This document shows positions 1 through 8,396 of a stretch of 64,000 bases of DNA, one piece after another. The DNA is from Pelagicoccus sp. (lineage in GTDB: Bacteria > Verrucomicrobiota > Verrucomicrobiia > Opitutales > Opitutaceae): NCBI GenBank assembly GCA_028284635.1, contig JANQRJ010000001.1:30624-94623 (forward strand), in the 5' to 3' direction. The notes below the pieces were generated by a model. The model ran no database searches. It saw nothing but the letters and a program-made list of their open reading frames with translations, and was not told where the DNA came from. Within the stretch, counting starts at the first letter, position 1, and the number at the start of each line of letters is the position of its first letter. A program made the translations under genes and the position numbers.

Positions 1-49
1 TTCATGTTTCGAATTGGGTGCTTGGGTTCTGGGTAATGGATGAGAAACA

Positions 50-129
50 ATCTTCTTCTGCTTCTACTTCTTCATCTCCTTCTCACGCGAAAATAGATGA
101 AGATGAAGATGAAGAAGTAGATGAAGATT
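50..129. repeat. Hexamer-periodic palindrome (CTTCTA/CTTCAT arm versus GATGAA/GAAGTA arm)
   Basis: Pyrimidine arm 50-77 is identical over 28 bp to 12658-12685; purine arm ends GAAGTAGATGAAGATT as at about 12731-12746. Confidence 0.85.
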
Positions 130-1648
130 GGGGGGGCATTGCGCCTAGGTTGGCACCGACGGGGACGAAAAGGTGATCGTAGGAGAGTTCGCGAGTGGAA
201 CGGCATCCGGCGGCGGATAGCAGTTCTTCGAGATCGTGCTCGAGGTTGTCGACGTAGTTGACCACTCGGGTGGACTTGACGGCGATGTCTAGGCCGCGCT
301 GCAGTTCGGGATCGTGGGTGGTGATGCCGATGGGGCAGGTGTTGTTGCCGCACTGGAGGGCTTGGATGCAGCCGAGAGCGAGCATGAAGCCGCGGGCGCT
401 GTAGATGGCATCGGCTCCGAGGCAGAGCGCGACCATCTGCTTTTCGGGCGAGATGAGCTTGCCGGAGGCCAGCAGCTTGAGCCGATCGCGGACGCCGTGC
501 TTGGTCAGGATGTCGTTGACCAGCTTGAGGGCCGGGTAGAGGGGCATTCCGACGCCGTCGATGAAGGCTTTGGGAGCTGCTCCGGTGCCGCCTTCGGCGC
601 CGTCGACGGTGATCCAGTCGGGGAAGATGTTCTGTGTCAGCATTTCAACTACGAGCTCCTCGAATTGGGCGGGCCGGCCGAGGCAGAGCTTGATGCCGAC
701 GGGGAGCTTGGTGAGGTCCTGCACGCGTTTGATGAAGGAGACTGTGTTTTGCGGGCCGACGCATTCGGGGTGGAAGGGTGGGGAGAGCACGTCCTTGTCC
801 TTGGATACGCCGCGCAGTTCGGCGATCTCGTCGGTGATCTTCTCCTTGGGTAGAAGGCCTCCTTTGCCGGGCTTGGCGCCTTGGGAGAGCTTGATTTCGA
901 CCATCTTGATGGAGTCCTGGCTGGCGAGGGCGGCGAGTTTGGAGTCGTCGAGAGTGCCGTCTTCGTTGCGGGCTCCGAACTTGGCGGTGCCGAGCTGGAA
1001 GATGAGGTCGCAGCCTTCCATCAGGTGGTACTTGGGGTGGCCGCCTTCGCCGGTGTTCATGGGGATGCCGGCTTGCCTGGCGCCGCGGGCCAGGGCTCTC
1101 ACGGCGTGTTCGCCGAGGGCTCCGTAGCTCATGGCGCTGATGATGAAGGGCCGCTTGACGGTGTAGGCGTTTTCGATGCCGCGTTCCTCGCCGAAGGTGA
1201 GGGAGAAGGGGACCTGCTCGCTGTGGAGCACGGGGTACATCGAGTGGCGGATTTTGATTTCGGTTTCGTCGAATTCGTTTTGGGAGCCGAAAGAGGCGGC
1301 GGAGTCGATGTTCTTGGCCTTGCGGTAGACTTCGGAGCGGGCGTTGCGATCGAAGGGGCGCTCTTCGGTGTCGTTGGCGAAGAAGTACTGGCGGAGTTCG
1401 GGGCCGATGCTTTCCATCATGTAGCGGGCCTGGCCCATGATGCCGAAGTTTCTCAAGAGCGTATGCCCTGACTGGATACGCGTGTAAAAGAGATTGAGAA
1501 GGGTGAGGAGGATGAAGGTTACGGTGCCGAAGTGGAAGTAGAAGGAGAGCTTCCAGCCGGCCAGGAAGAAGAGGACGGCGAGGGTGGGAATCGCGATGTT
1601 TACGGTTTTCGCGAGCTTGTGCAGATCGATGGCAATTTTGGCGGACAT
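83..1648 (-). CDS. FMN-binding glutamate synthase family protein (GltB2-like, N-terminal membrane anchor)
   Basis: 521-aa ORF with AMSYGAL, NTGEGG, EIKLSQGAKPGKGG, ITVDGAEGGTGAAP and CIQALQCGNNTCP motifs; two hydrophobic N-terminal helices. Confidence 0.9.
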   Translation of the reverse strand: MSAKIAIDLHKLAKTVNIAIPTLAVLFFLAGWKLSFYFHFGTVTFILLTLLNLFYTRIQSGHTLLRNFGIMGQARYMMESIGPELRQYFFANDTEERPFDRNARSEVYRKAKNIDSAASFGSQNEFDETEIKIRHSMYPVLHSEQVPFSLTFGEERGIENAYTVKRPFIISAMSYGALGEHAVRALARGARQAGIPMNTGEGGHPKYHLMEGCDLIFQLGTAKFGARNEDGTLDDSKLAALASQDSIKMVEIKLSQGAKPGKGGLLPKEKITDEIAELRGVSKDKDVLSPPFHPECVGPQNTVSFIKRVQDLTKLPVGIKLCLGRPAQFEELVVEMLTQNIFPDWITVDGAEGGTGAAPKAFIDGVGMPLYPALKLVNDILTKHGVRDRLKLLASGKLISPEKQMVALCLGADAIYSARGFMLALGCIQALQCGNNTCPIGITTHDPELQRGLDIAVKSTRVVNYVDNLEHDLEELLSAAGCRSTRELSYDHLFVPVGANLGAMPPQSSSTSSSSSSSIFA

Positions 1649-1701
1649 TGTTTTGAAGTAAGAAGGAAGAAGTAGGATTGCAGAAGTGGGAGAGGCTGGC
1701 G

Positions 1702-2280
1702 CTAGGTGGCTGGCTTGGCGGCGGCTGTTTGACAGAGTTCGACGGCCGTTTCGGCGGCTTCCTCGATCGGCCAGGCGGCTTCGAGGTTGCGCGATTCGGT
1801 GGTCGCTCCGGAATAGAGCAGGAAGAGAGCATTGCCGAGGCGGCGGGCTTCCGAGCCGCTGGTAAACGGGCGGGCGAGCTCGAGAAAGAAGTCGCGTTGG
1901 AAGATCTTGTGCTCGGTGACCTTCTCTCGGATGAGAGGGCGGCTGCCGGTGTCGTTGGCGACGGTGTTCGAATAAGGGCAGCCACTGAACTGATTGTTTC
2001 TCATCCAGTCTTTTAGAGCGAGAAAGTAGTCGCGAACTTTCTTAAGCGGCTGGTCTGGCTCCTGGATCAGATTGTCGTGATAGATCTCGGAGCGCTGGTG
2101 GGTTTCCTCGAGCCAGGCGGCGCAGAGCGCCTCCTTGCTGGGGAAGTGGTTGTAGAAGGTAGCCTTGGCCGTCTCCGACTTCTCGATGATTTCGTTGATG
2201 CCGACCGACGCGTAACCGCGTTCAGAGAAGAGTTTCGAAGCGGTGTCGAGAATGCGGCGGCGCGCGTTTGGTTTTTTCAT
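1702..2280 (-). CDS. TetR/AcrR family regulator (NemR-like)
   Basis: N-terminal HTH (LFSERGYASVGINEII...KATFYNHFPSKEAL); GCP motif in the C-terminal domain. Confidence 0.9.
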   Translation of the reverse strand: MKKPNARRRILDTASKLFSERGYASVGINEIIEKSETAKATFYNHFPSKEALCAAWLEETHQRSEIYHDNLIQEPDQPLKKVRDYFLALKDWMRNNQFSGCPYSNTVANDTGSRPLIREKVTEHKIFQRDFFLELARPFTSGSEARRLGNALFLLYSGATTESRNLEAAWPIEEAAETAVELCQTAAAKPAT

Positions 2281-2335
2281 TCTTGAGGGATTTAGGATGC
2301 AGCGGAATAGGCTGTAGGGTTTGCTGGAGTTTGGC

Positions 2336-2734
2336 TTAGAGGTCGCTGCCGCCCCAGAGTACGGCGAATTTCTCGCAGTAGACGAGAAGGCTCTTCAAGT
2401 CGGTTAGGTCGAGATCGCTGGGGAGAGAGTAGGTCTGGCCGCCTTTGGGGTTTTTGAGTTCGGCTAGCAGTATACTGCCATGGGTGGCGTTCTTGCCGCT
2501 GGTGTCCTTGAAGCTCTTCGGGGAGAAGAAGATCTTCAAGTCCGGTCCCTTTTTCGCCTTGAAGTTCTCGGAGATTTTCAGGGTTCGGAGACCGTTTTCG
2601 GATTCGATCGTCCAGCTTCCGCTGATGGATTTTTCTTTTTCGGAGAACTTTCCGCTGGCGATGGTCTCGGAGTAGGCTCCTGAGGAGAGGGCGAGGGCAG
2701 AGAGGAGGAATAGAAGGCGTGCTACGTTTTTCAT
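2336..2734 (-). CDS. Secreted DM13 domain protein
   Basis: Signal peptide; GPDLKIFFS, LKNPKGGQTYSLP and VYCEKFAVLWG are typical DM13 motifs. Confidence 0.85.
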   Translation of the reverse strand: MKNVARLLFLLSALALSSGAYSETIASGKFSEKEKSISGSWTIESENGLRTLKISENFKAKKGPDLKIFFSPKSFKDTSGKNATHGSILLAELKNPKGGQTYSLPSDLDLTDLKSLLVYCEKFAVLWGGSDL

Positions 2735-2788
2735 CTTTCGGATTGTGGTTGCTTGTTTTTCAGAAGTTTGAATCTGAAAGTAAAAGAA

Positions 2789-2804
2789 CAGACAAGTCTG
2801 TCTA
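2789..2804 (-). promoter_or_regulatory. Candidate TetR operator TAGACAGACTTGTCTG
   Basis: Imperfect palindrome AGACA-N4-TGTCT 55 bp upstream of the DM13-tetR-gltB2 unit; resembles the NemR-type box TAGACC-N4-GGTCTA. Confidence 0.55.
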
Positions 2805-3081
2805 AAACAAGGGAAAATGATTCTTCTTGGGATTTTTTTTCGATGCAGCTCGTTTAAGTGTTGATGGTAAGGATCTTAAACAAGCTTTTTGGTAAGGTTG
2901 CCAAAAGGTTTGTATAAAAGCTAGGGCAGCCGTTGAGAGCTGACGAGTTGGGGCGCTTTTGGGTTAAGGCAAAGGAGGATTGGCGTCGTAGGGGCGATCG
3001 GGCTAGCGGCGTTTTTCATATAGAAAGTCGCATATGGGTGGGTCGGTCCCGATCTGAACTCGGATCACCATGCGGCTTGAG

Positions 3082-3418
3082 GTAGGGCCCGATCGTCCCG
3101 CAAATGTGCATTGGCGTCAACTTAACGGAGGAAGCATCCTTTGGAGGGCAACGCTCCGTCGTTGCCGCGCCGGTTCCGTCGTTGCCGCGCCGGTTATTCC
3201 CTCTGTAGGCTCTGCGGCAATGACGGAGCATTGCCCTCCAGCCCACCGCCTTTTGGCTTAAGTTAACGCCAATGCGCAGGGCGGGACCGCGTCCGCGTCG
3301 TTTCTTGTCCTCATCATCTTCTTCATCCTCATCTTTATCCTAGGATGAGGATGAAGATGAGGAGGGGGATGATGAGGGCAGATCGCGGGTGCGGTCCCGC
3401 CCTGCGGGATCCGCGCTA
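3082..3418. repeat. Composite nested REP/MITE-like element, copy 1
   Basis: Module with TIRs GCATTGGCGTCAACTTAA (3108-3275) holding a TGGAGGGCAAYGCTCCGTCRTTGCCGC doublet, then a hexamer hairpin inside ACGCGGTCCCG-type arms; homologous to 43110-43423. Confidence 0.85.
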
Positions 3419-3424
3419 AGTTGG

Positions 3425-5239
3425 TCAGCTCTTCGCTTTGTCTTTGGCGTAGATCGAGACCTTCGGCGTTTGGCCACCTAGGATCTGTTTGGCTCGCTTG
3501 AGGGCTTTGGCGGTGGAGAGAGTCGGGTTGCTTTCCTCGTCTTCGAAGAGGTTGACGGGGTTGATGACTTCGGTGAGGCCAGAATTGCGGAAGATGCGCA
3601 TCGTGTCTGGCCGCACCTCGCTGACGAGCAGTATGCGGTCGCGTTCGTTCATGTACTTGATAAGCTCCTCGAGAGCCATGCAGCTCGTTGCGTCGAGGTT
3701 GTGGGCGTTGCGTAGCTTCATGACCACCACCTTGAGGTTGGCATCGTCGCTCACCCGCCTCATCTGGTCGCGGAAGAGCTCTGCGGCGCCGAAGAAAAGC
3801 TCTCCTTCCACATGCACGATGGAGACCTCCGGATCGGTTCGCTGGGTCTTCTCGCGCAATTGCCCGAGTCGCCCCTCTTCGTCGAAGGCATACTCCACGA
3901 TTTCCGGGCTGGCGACCTTCTTGAGAAACAGGGCGATGGAGCAGCCAGCCCCGATGTATATCGCGAAGTCCAAGGCGAAGAACAGCCCGGTGAGGAAGGT
4001 GACGTAGAAGGTGATCGTATCCGAGCGGGTCGTTTGGGTGACCAGGCGCAGCTGGTGCTTGTTGATCAGGGAGATGCCGATCGATATGACTACGACCGCT
4101 AGCGAGGCGGTGGGGATGTACTGGATGAAGTCTGCTAGGGCGAAGGCTCCGGCTAGCAGGATGAGTGCTGAGTAGAGGCTGGACAGCGGGGTGGCGGCTC
4201 CGGATTTGACGTTGAGTTGGGAACGGGTGAGGGAACCAGAGGCTGCCATGCCGGAGAACAGGGCGCAGCCGATGTTGGCCATGCCTGCGGCGAACATCTC
4301 CTGGTTGCTGTCGATGCGGGCGCCGTCGCGCGCGGCGAGCGACTTGCCGATTGAGTTGCCCTCGAGCGTGCAGATCAGGGCGACGGCGATCGCAGGGGAT
4401 ACGAGAGAGCGGATGGCGTCGGGATCGACGCGCGGCAAGGTGAGGCCCCACTGGCTGGCATCGAGACCGGGCAGCAGATCCACCGAGAAACCATCGAGGT
4501 AGAGACGGGCGAAATAGGCGAGGAAGGAGGAGATGACCAGCGTGATGGCGACGTTTGGCAACTTCCTGAAAAACTTGTTGAGGAAAATGAACAGGGCTGC
4601 GGTGGCGACGCTTAGGGCGAGTGTGGGCCAGTGGGTTTCCGTCAGGTGCTGGTAGGTCAGGTAGAGGACTTCGAAGAAGGTCGAGGCTTCCGCCTTTTCG
4701 TCCGGAGTGAAGTCGAAGCCCAGGGTCTTGCGGATCTGATTGGCGATGATGAGCGAAGCTGCGGCTGTGATGTATCCGGTGATGACGGTGCGCGAGACGT
4801 ACTGCACGAGGCTGGCCACGCGCAGTATCGAGCCGAGGGTCAACACGATGCCGACGAGTATGAGCAGCAGCGAAATATGGGAAACGACCGCTTGCTCGGA
4901 TACGATGCCGATCATGGAGAAGGCGCTCAGCACCATGACGGAAGTGGCGTTGGTCGGGCCTAGCGTGATGTATTTTCCTCCCGCGAAGAAGGCGCCTGCG
5001 ATGGAGGCTATGACGCTGCCGAAGATGCCGTAGCGCAACGGCAGGCCTGCGATGGCTGCGTAGGCCATGCCTTGGGGAAACGCGAGCAAGGCTACGTTGA
5101 GAGCGGCTCTGGAGTCGCTGGTGAAGGCGGTTTTGTCGTAGCCTCGAGTCGTTGTGAACAGGGGGGCTAGCTGGATGCCCAGGCCCTTGTGGTTGGATTC
5201 TTTCGGTGTTGCGCTTTTTTGAGAGGAGGAGTCTGACAT
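3425..5239 (-). CDS. sulP: SulP family inorganic anion permease with STAS domain
   Basis: PQGMAYAAIAGLP, GPTNATS and SLTRSQLN motifs; C-terminal STAS domain (GELFFGAA, LDATSCMAL). Confidence 0.93.
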   Translation of the reverse strand: MSDSSSQKSATPKESNHKGLGIQLAPLFTTTRGYDKTAFTSDSRAALNVALLAFPQGMAYAAIAGLPLRYGIFGSVIASIAGAFFAGGKYITLGPTNATSVMVLSAFSMIGIVSEQAVVSHISLLLILVGIVLTLGSILRVASLVQYVSRTVITGYITAAASLIIANQIRKTLGFDFTPDEKAEASTFFEVLYLTYQHLTETHWPTLALSVATAALFIFLNKFFRKLPNVAITLVISSFLAYFARLYLDGFSVDLLPGLDASQWGLTLPRVDPDAIRSLVSPAIAVALICTLEGNSIGKSLAARDGARIDSNQEMFAAGMANIGCALFSGMAASGSLTRSQLNVKSGAATPLSSLYSALILLAGAFALADFIQYIPTASLAVVVISIGISLINKHQLRLVTQTTRSDTITFYVTFLTGLFFALDFAIYIGAGCSIALFLKKVASPEIVEYAFDEEGRLGQLREKTQRTDPEVSIVHVEGELFFGAAELFRDQMRRVSDDANLKVVVMKLRNAHNLDATSCMALEELIKYMNERDRILLVSEVRPDTMRIFRNSGLTEVINPVNLFEDEESNPTLSTAKALKRAKQILGGQTPKVSIYAKDKAKS

Positions 5240-5584
5240 GGCGTTTGTTGGCTTTCGCAGCCTAGGTTCTTCCGGTTTTCAGGGCGCCTTGCTTGACGAG
5301 CCGGGCAGTCAAGCGAGTCGGGCTTTCCATTTCCAGCATCTTTCTTTCGTTGCGGCCAGTTGCAGGGGCGTTTCACTCTGCGCGCTATGCATGAGTCGCT
5401 GGTCTGCTTGTTTCTGGACAGTTGCCAAATAGTCGCGAAAGGGTCTTCTCCCGAGCCTTTTGCGGCGGGTCCGAACGCGGAATCGGAGGCCGAGCGCATC
5501 CTGGGGCGGCATGGCCTGTCAGCCCCGCTGCTGCCCGTAGCGGAAACGCCGGGACGCCGACTGTTTTTCGCGAATCTGGGGGAA

Positions 5585-7060
5585 ATGAAACTGCCTGACT
5601 CGCTGGCGGCGCAAGGCTGGCGAGCAATGCCGTTGCTCGATTTCTACGCGGCGACCGAATTGGAAGAGGGCTGGCAGGAGCTCATCCGAGCGGAGTCGAT
5701 TCGCATTCCCTACCTGTACGCCAAGCCAAACGATTACATCTACCGCTTCCGGGCGGAGAGCGAACGCAACCGCAACGTCTACCAGACGGACGAGCGTTCC
5801 GTTGCCCTGTACCAGAGCTCGCTTTGCGAGGCGATAAAAGCCGTCAAGCGAACCAAGGAACGCTCTGCGACTTCGCCTGCCATGCTCGATTTCGGGGCTG
5901 TGCAGTTTCTTCTGCCCAGCCACTTCGGATTCTGCCTTGGAGTGCAGAACGCTATCGAGCGGGCCTACGAGTCTCTCGCTGCCAATCCCGGCCGCCGGGT
6001 CTTCATGCTCAGCGAGCTCATCCACAACCCCTTCGTCAACGAGGACCTCAGGCAGCGCGGCCTGCGCTATCTTCAGACCGACAAGGGCGTGCCGCTGGTC
6101 GATGAAGCGACGGGAGCCTTTTTCTGGGATACGCTCGGCCCGGAGGACATCGTCATCATCCCCGCCTTTGGCGCCCGCGACGAAGACAAGTTGCGGCTGA
6201 TCGAACGCGGCCTGCCGATTCGGCAGCATGACGCGACATGCATGTTGGTGGAAAAGGTCTGGAAAGCGGCCCGTCGGTATGGAGAAAAGGGATACACCGT
6301 GATCATCCACGGCAAGGCGGAGCACGAGGAAACAAAGGCCACCTTTTCCAACAGCGCAAAGTATGCGCCTTCGGTTGTAGTGCGCGACATGGAGGAGGCT
6401 TCCATTTTGGGGGACGTCATCCGGGCTGAGGATGCCGACGAGAAGCGTCGCTTGTTCGCCCGCCTGGTAGGCCAGGCCTCGGCGGACTTCGATCCGACGC
6501 GCGATCTGGAACGACTGGCTCTGGTCAACCAGACCACGCTGCTGCGTAACGAGACCTTGAAGATCATCGCCTTTCTCGAGCAGACGCTGGTAGACAAGTT
6601 TGGCCGCTCTCACGTGGAGGAGCATCTGGCGATGAGCAGCAAGGGAGACACGCTTTGCTACGCCACGCAGGTCAACCAAGACGCTCTGACCAAGGCGCTC
6701 GACGCCTCCATTGACGTAGCCATCGTAGTGGGGGGGCGCAACAGCTCGAACACCTTCCAGCTCTTTCGCCTCTGCCAGGAGCGTTTTGGCGCTCGGGCCT
6801 TCTATATCCAGTCCGAGGCGAACATCCTCTCAAAAAATCGCGTGCAGCACTTCGTCTTTCCCTACGACCCGAGCGACCCGAAGCAAGGCGTGCTCGAGGA
6901 GCGCGACTTCCTGCCGGAAAAGAGAGGTATCCGGATATTGGTGACAGGGGGCGCGTCCTGTCCTGATGGGATCCTGCAGCAGATCATCTGCCGCATAAAC
7001 AGCTTCTATCCTACCGAGAGTATCCGTCCGATCGAGGCGGTGCTCGAGGATTTTGAGTAG
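5585..7060 (+). CDS. ispH: 4-hydroxy-3-methylbut-2-enyl diphosphate reductase (long form); start uncertain (5387 or 5585)
   Basis: FGFCLGV, ELIHNP, DATC, HGKAEHEET, NQTT, TLCYATQVNQ, GGRNSSNT and TGGASCP motifs. Confidence 0.92.
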   Translation: MKLPDSLAAQGWRAMPLLDFYAATELEEGWQELIRAESIRIPYLYAKPNDYIYRFRAESERNRNVYQTDERSVALYQSSLCEAIKAVKRTKERSATSPAMLDFGAVQFLLPSHFGFCLGVQNAIERAYESLAANPGRRVFMLSELIHNPFVNEDLRQRGLRYLQTDKGVPLVDEATGAFFWDTLGPEDIVIIPAFGARDEDKLRLIERGLPIRQHDATCMLVEKVWKAARRYGEKGYTVIIHGKAEHEETKATFSNSAKYAPSVVVRDMEEASILGDVIRAEDADEKRRLFARLVGQASADFDPTRDLERLALVNQTTLLRNETLKIIAFLEQTLVDKFGRSHVEEHLAMSSKGDTLCYATQVNQDALTKALDASIDVAIVVGGRNSSNTFQLFRLCQERFGARAFYIQSEANILSKNRVQHFVFPYDPSDPKQGVLEERDFLPEKRGIRILVTGGASCPDGILQQIICRINSFYPTESIRPIEAVLEDFE

Positions 7061-7063
7061 CCG

Positions 7064-7155
7064 CTCCTACTCCTACTCTTGCTCCTAATCATAATCCCTT
7101 TTTCGATTAAGATTAAGATTAAGATTAGGAGTAAGAGCAGGAGTAGGAGTAGGAG
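7064..7155. repeat. Hexamer-periodic palindrome (CTCCTA/GATTAA variant) between convergent genes
   Basis: ctcctactcctactcttgctcctaatc pairs with gattaggagtaagagcaggagtaggagtaggag. Confidence 0.85.
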
Positions 7156-7167
7156 TTTCGCAGGGCC

Positions 7168-8241
7168 TTACCAGGCTTTTTGCCAGCCGATGGTGGCGCT
7201 GTAGTCGGTTTCGAGCTGGAGGCCGTTCAGGTCTTGCCAGACGGGGATGGCGAATTCGATGGCGAAGCGATGGTTGGCGAAGGGACCTCTCTTGGGGTAC
7301 AGATTGACTCCCGCCGAAAGCTCGAGCTTCTGTCCGCCGTAGTTTTCCGCGAAGGCCGTAGTGACGGTGCGACGCGATGGGGCGAAGGGTGGGTTGAAGG
7401 CGATGTCGCTTTGCTGTCCGTGCATCTCGCCAGTGTATTGGTAGTTGGCTCGGAGAGAGAAGCTGGCTGACTCGCCGGCCTTCATCGCGGTCCAGCCGGT
7501 CGCTGCAAGTTGGTGACCCAAGCGGTATCCGTGGTGGTTGTCTTCGGTTCGCAGCCTTCCGCTTGCCTGGGCGCCGTAGGACCAGCCCTCCTCTTGCCCG
7601 ACGAAAGTGATCGAGGGGAGGAGATCAATGGTGCCGCTGCCGAGCTGCATGGGAGCGGGCATCTGGCGGGCGATGCGTCCGCCGGGACCGGGGATGAGGT
7701 CCTGCTCTCCGATCGAGCCGGTGGGCAGGCTGAGCCCGATTCCGTATTGGGCTTTTTGGTTCTCGGATTCCCAGAAAGGGATGAGGGCGGAGATCTTCAC
7801 GTCTCCCCATCCGCTGCTGCTTGTGGTGAAGTTTCGACTGCCGTCATTGAGGGCGATGAGAGGAGCTGCCATCCCGAAGATGAGATGGTCCATTTCGGTC
7901 TCGATGTAGGGCGCCATGAGCATGAGGGTTACTTTGTCCGAAGGGGCGTGCATGATGCCGAACATAGTCATGTCCATAGTCATGCGAGTGGGCGTGACGG
8001 TGTAGTTGGCGGCGAATACCTGTTCTGAGCTAAGCGAATCGGTTCCCGAGCGCATGCCGTCCATCTCCATGCGCATCTGGCGTACGGAGAGCATCCACTC
8101 GCCTTTGGAGTGAGCGTGGTCGGCCATCACCATGATCGGGGCATGGCTGTCAGGGCGAGAGGTCAGGTATTCGTGGGAATAGGCCAGCTGAGTGGCTAGG
8201 GCCGTGGCTGCGGCGAGTTTTACTAGTTTCGTGAAATTCAT
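7168..8241 (-). CDS. His/Met-rich outer-membrane beta-barrel 'transporter' (Phenol_MetA_deg-like), possible metal uptake
   Basis: Start reassigned to MNFTKLVK; signal peptide followed by HAPIMVMADHAH and MRMEMDGM; LPTGSI and MQLGSGT motifs; C-terminal aromatic residue. Confidence 0.7.
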   Translation of the reverse strand: MNFTKLVKLAAATALATQLAYSHEYLTSRPDSHAPIMVMADHAHSKGEWMLSVRQMRMEMDGMRSGTDSLSSEQVFAANYTVTPTRMTMDMTMFGIMHAPSDKVTLMLMAPYIETEMDHLIFGMAAPLIALNDGSRNFTTSSSGWGDVKISALIPFWESENQKAQYGIGLSLPTGSIGEQDLIPGPGGRIARQMPAPMQLGSGTIDLLPSITFVGQEEGWSYGAQASGRLRTEDNHHGYRLGHQLAATGWTAMKAGESASFSLRANYQYTGEMHGQQSDIAFNPPFAPSRRTVTTAFAENYGGQKLELSAGVNLYPKRGPFANHRFAIEFAIPVWQDLNGLQLETDYSATIGWQKAW

Positions 8242-8349
8242 TTTGAGTATTCTGTTCGGTTTTTTGGATACGGGGTTGGCATTGGGGGCACTGGCGGCGA
8301 TGCCGCATGGCGGAGCGTTGTCTGCCTTTCGAGCAGGTCTTCCAGAAGT

Positions 8350-8375
8350 TGCGGGCGAGCCGCCCGCGTTCCCAG
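8350..8375. repeat. Single REP of the CTGGGAACGCGGGCGGCYCGCCCGCA family
   Basis: Reverse complement matches the arms at 11322-11393 and 51822-51890. Confidence 0.8.
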
Positions 8376-8396
8376 GTGATTCTATGGGAGGCGGCG

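Noticed and set aside
645-4451. Long alternative-frame ORFs (e.g. 645-1985, 3258-4451, 5519-6679, 8735-10102, 40077-41318)
   Set aside because: They overlap well-supported genes and have Arg/Pro/Ala-rich composition typical of shadow ORFs in GC-rich DNA
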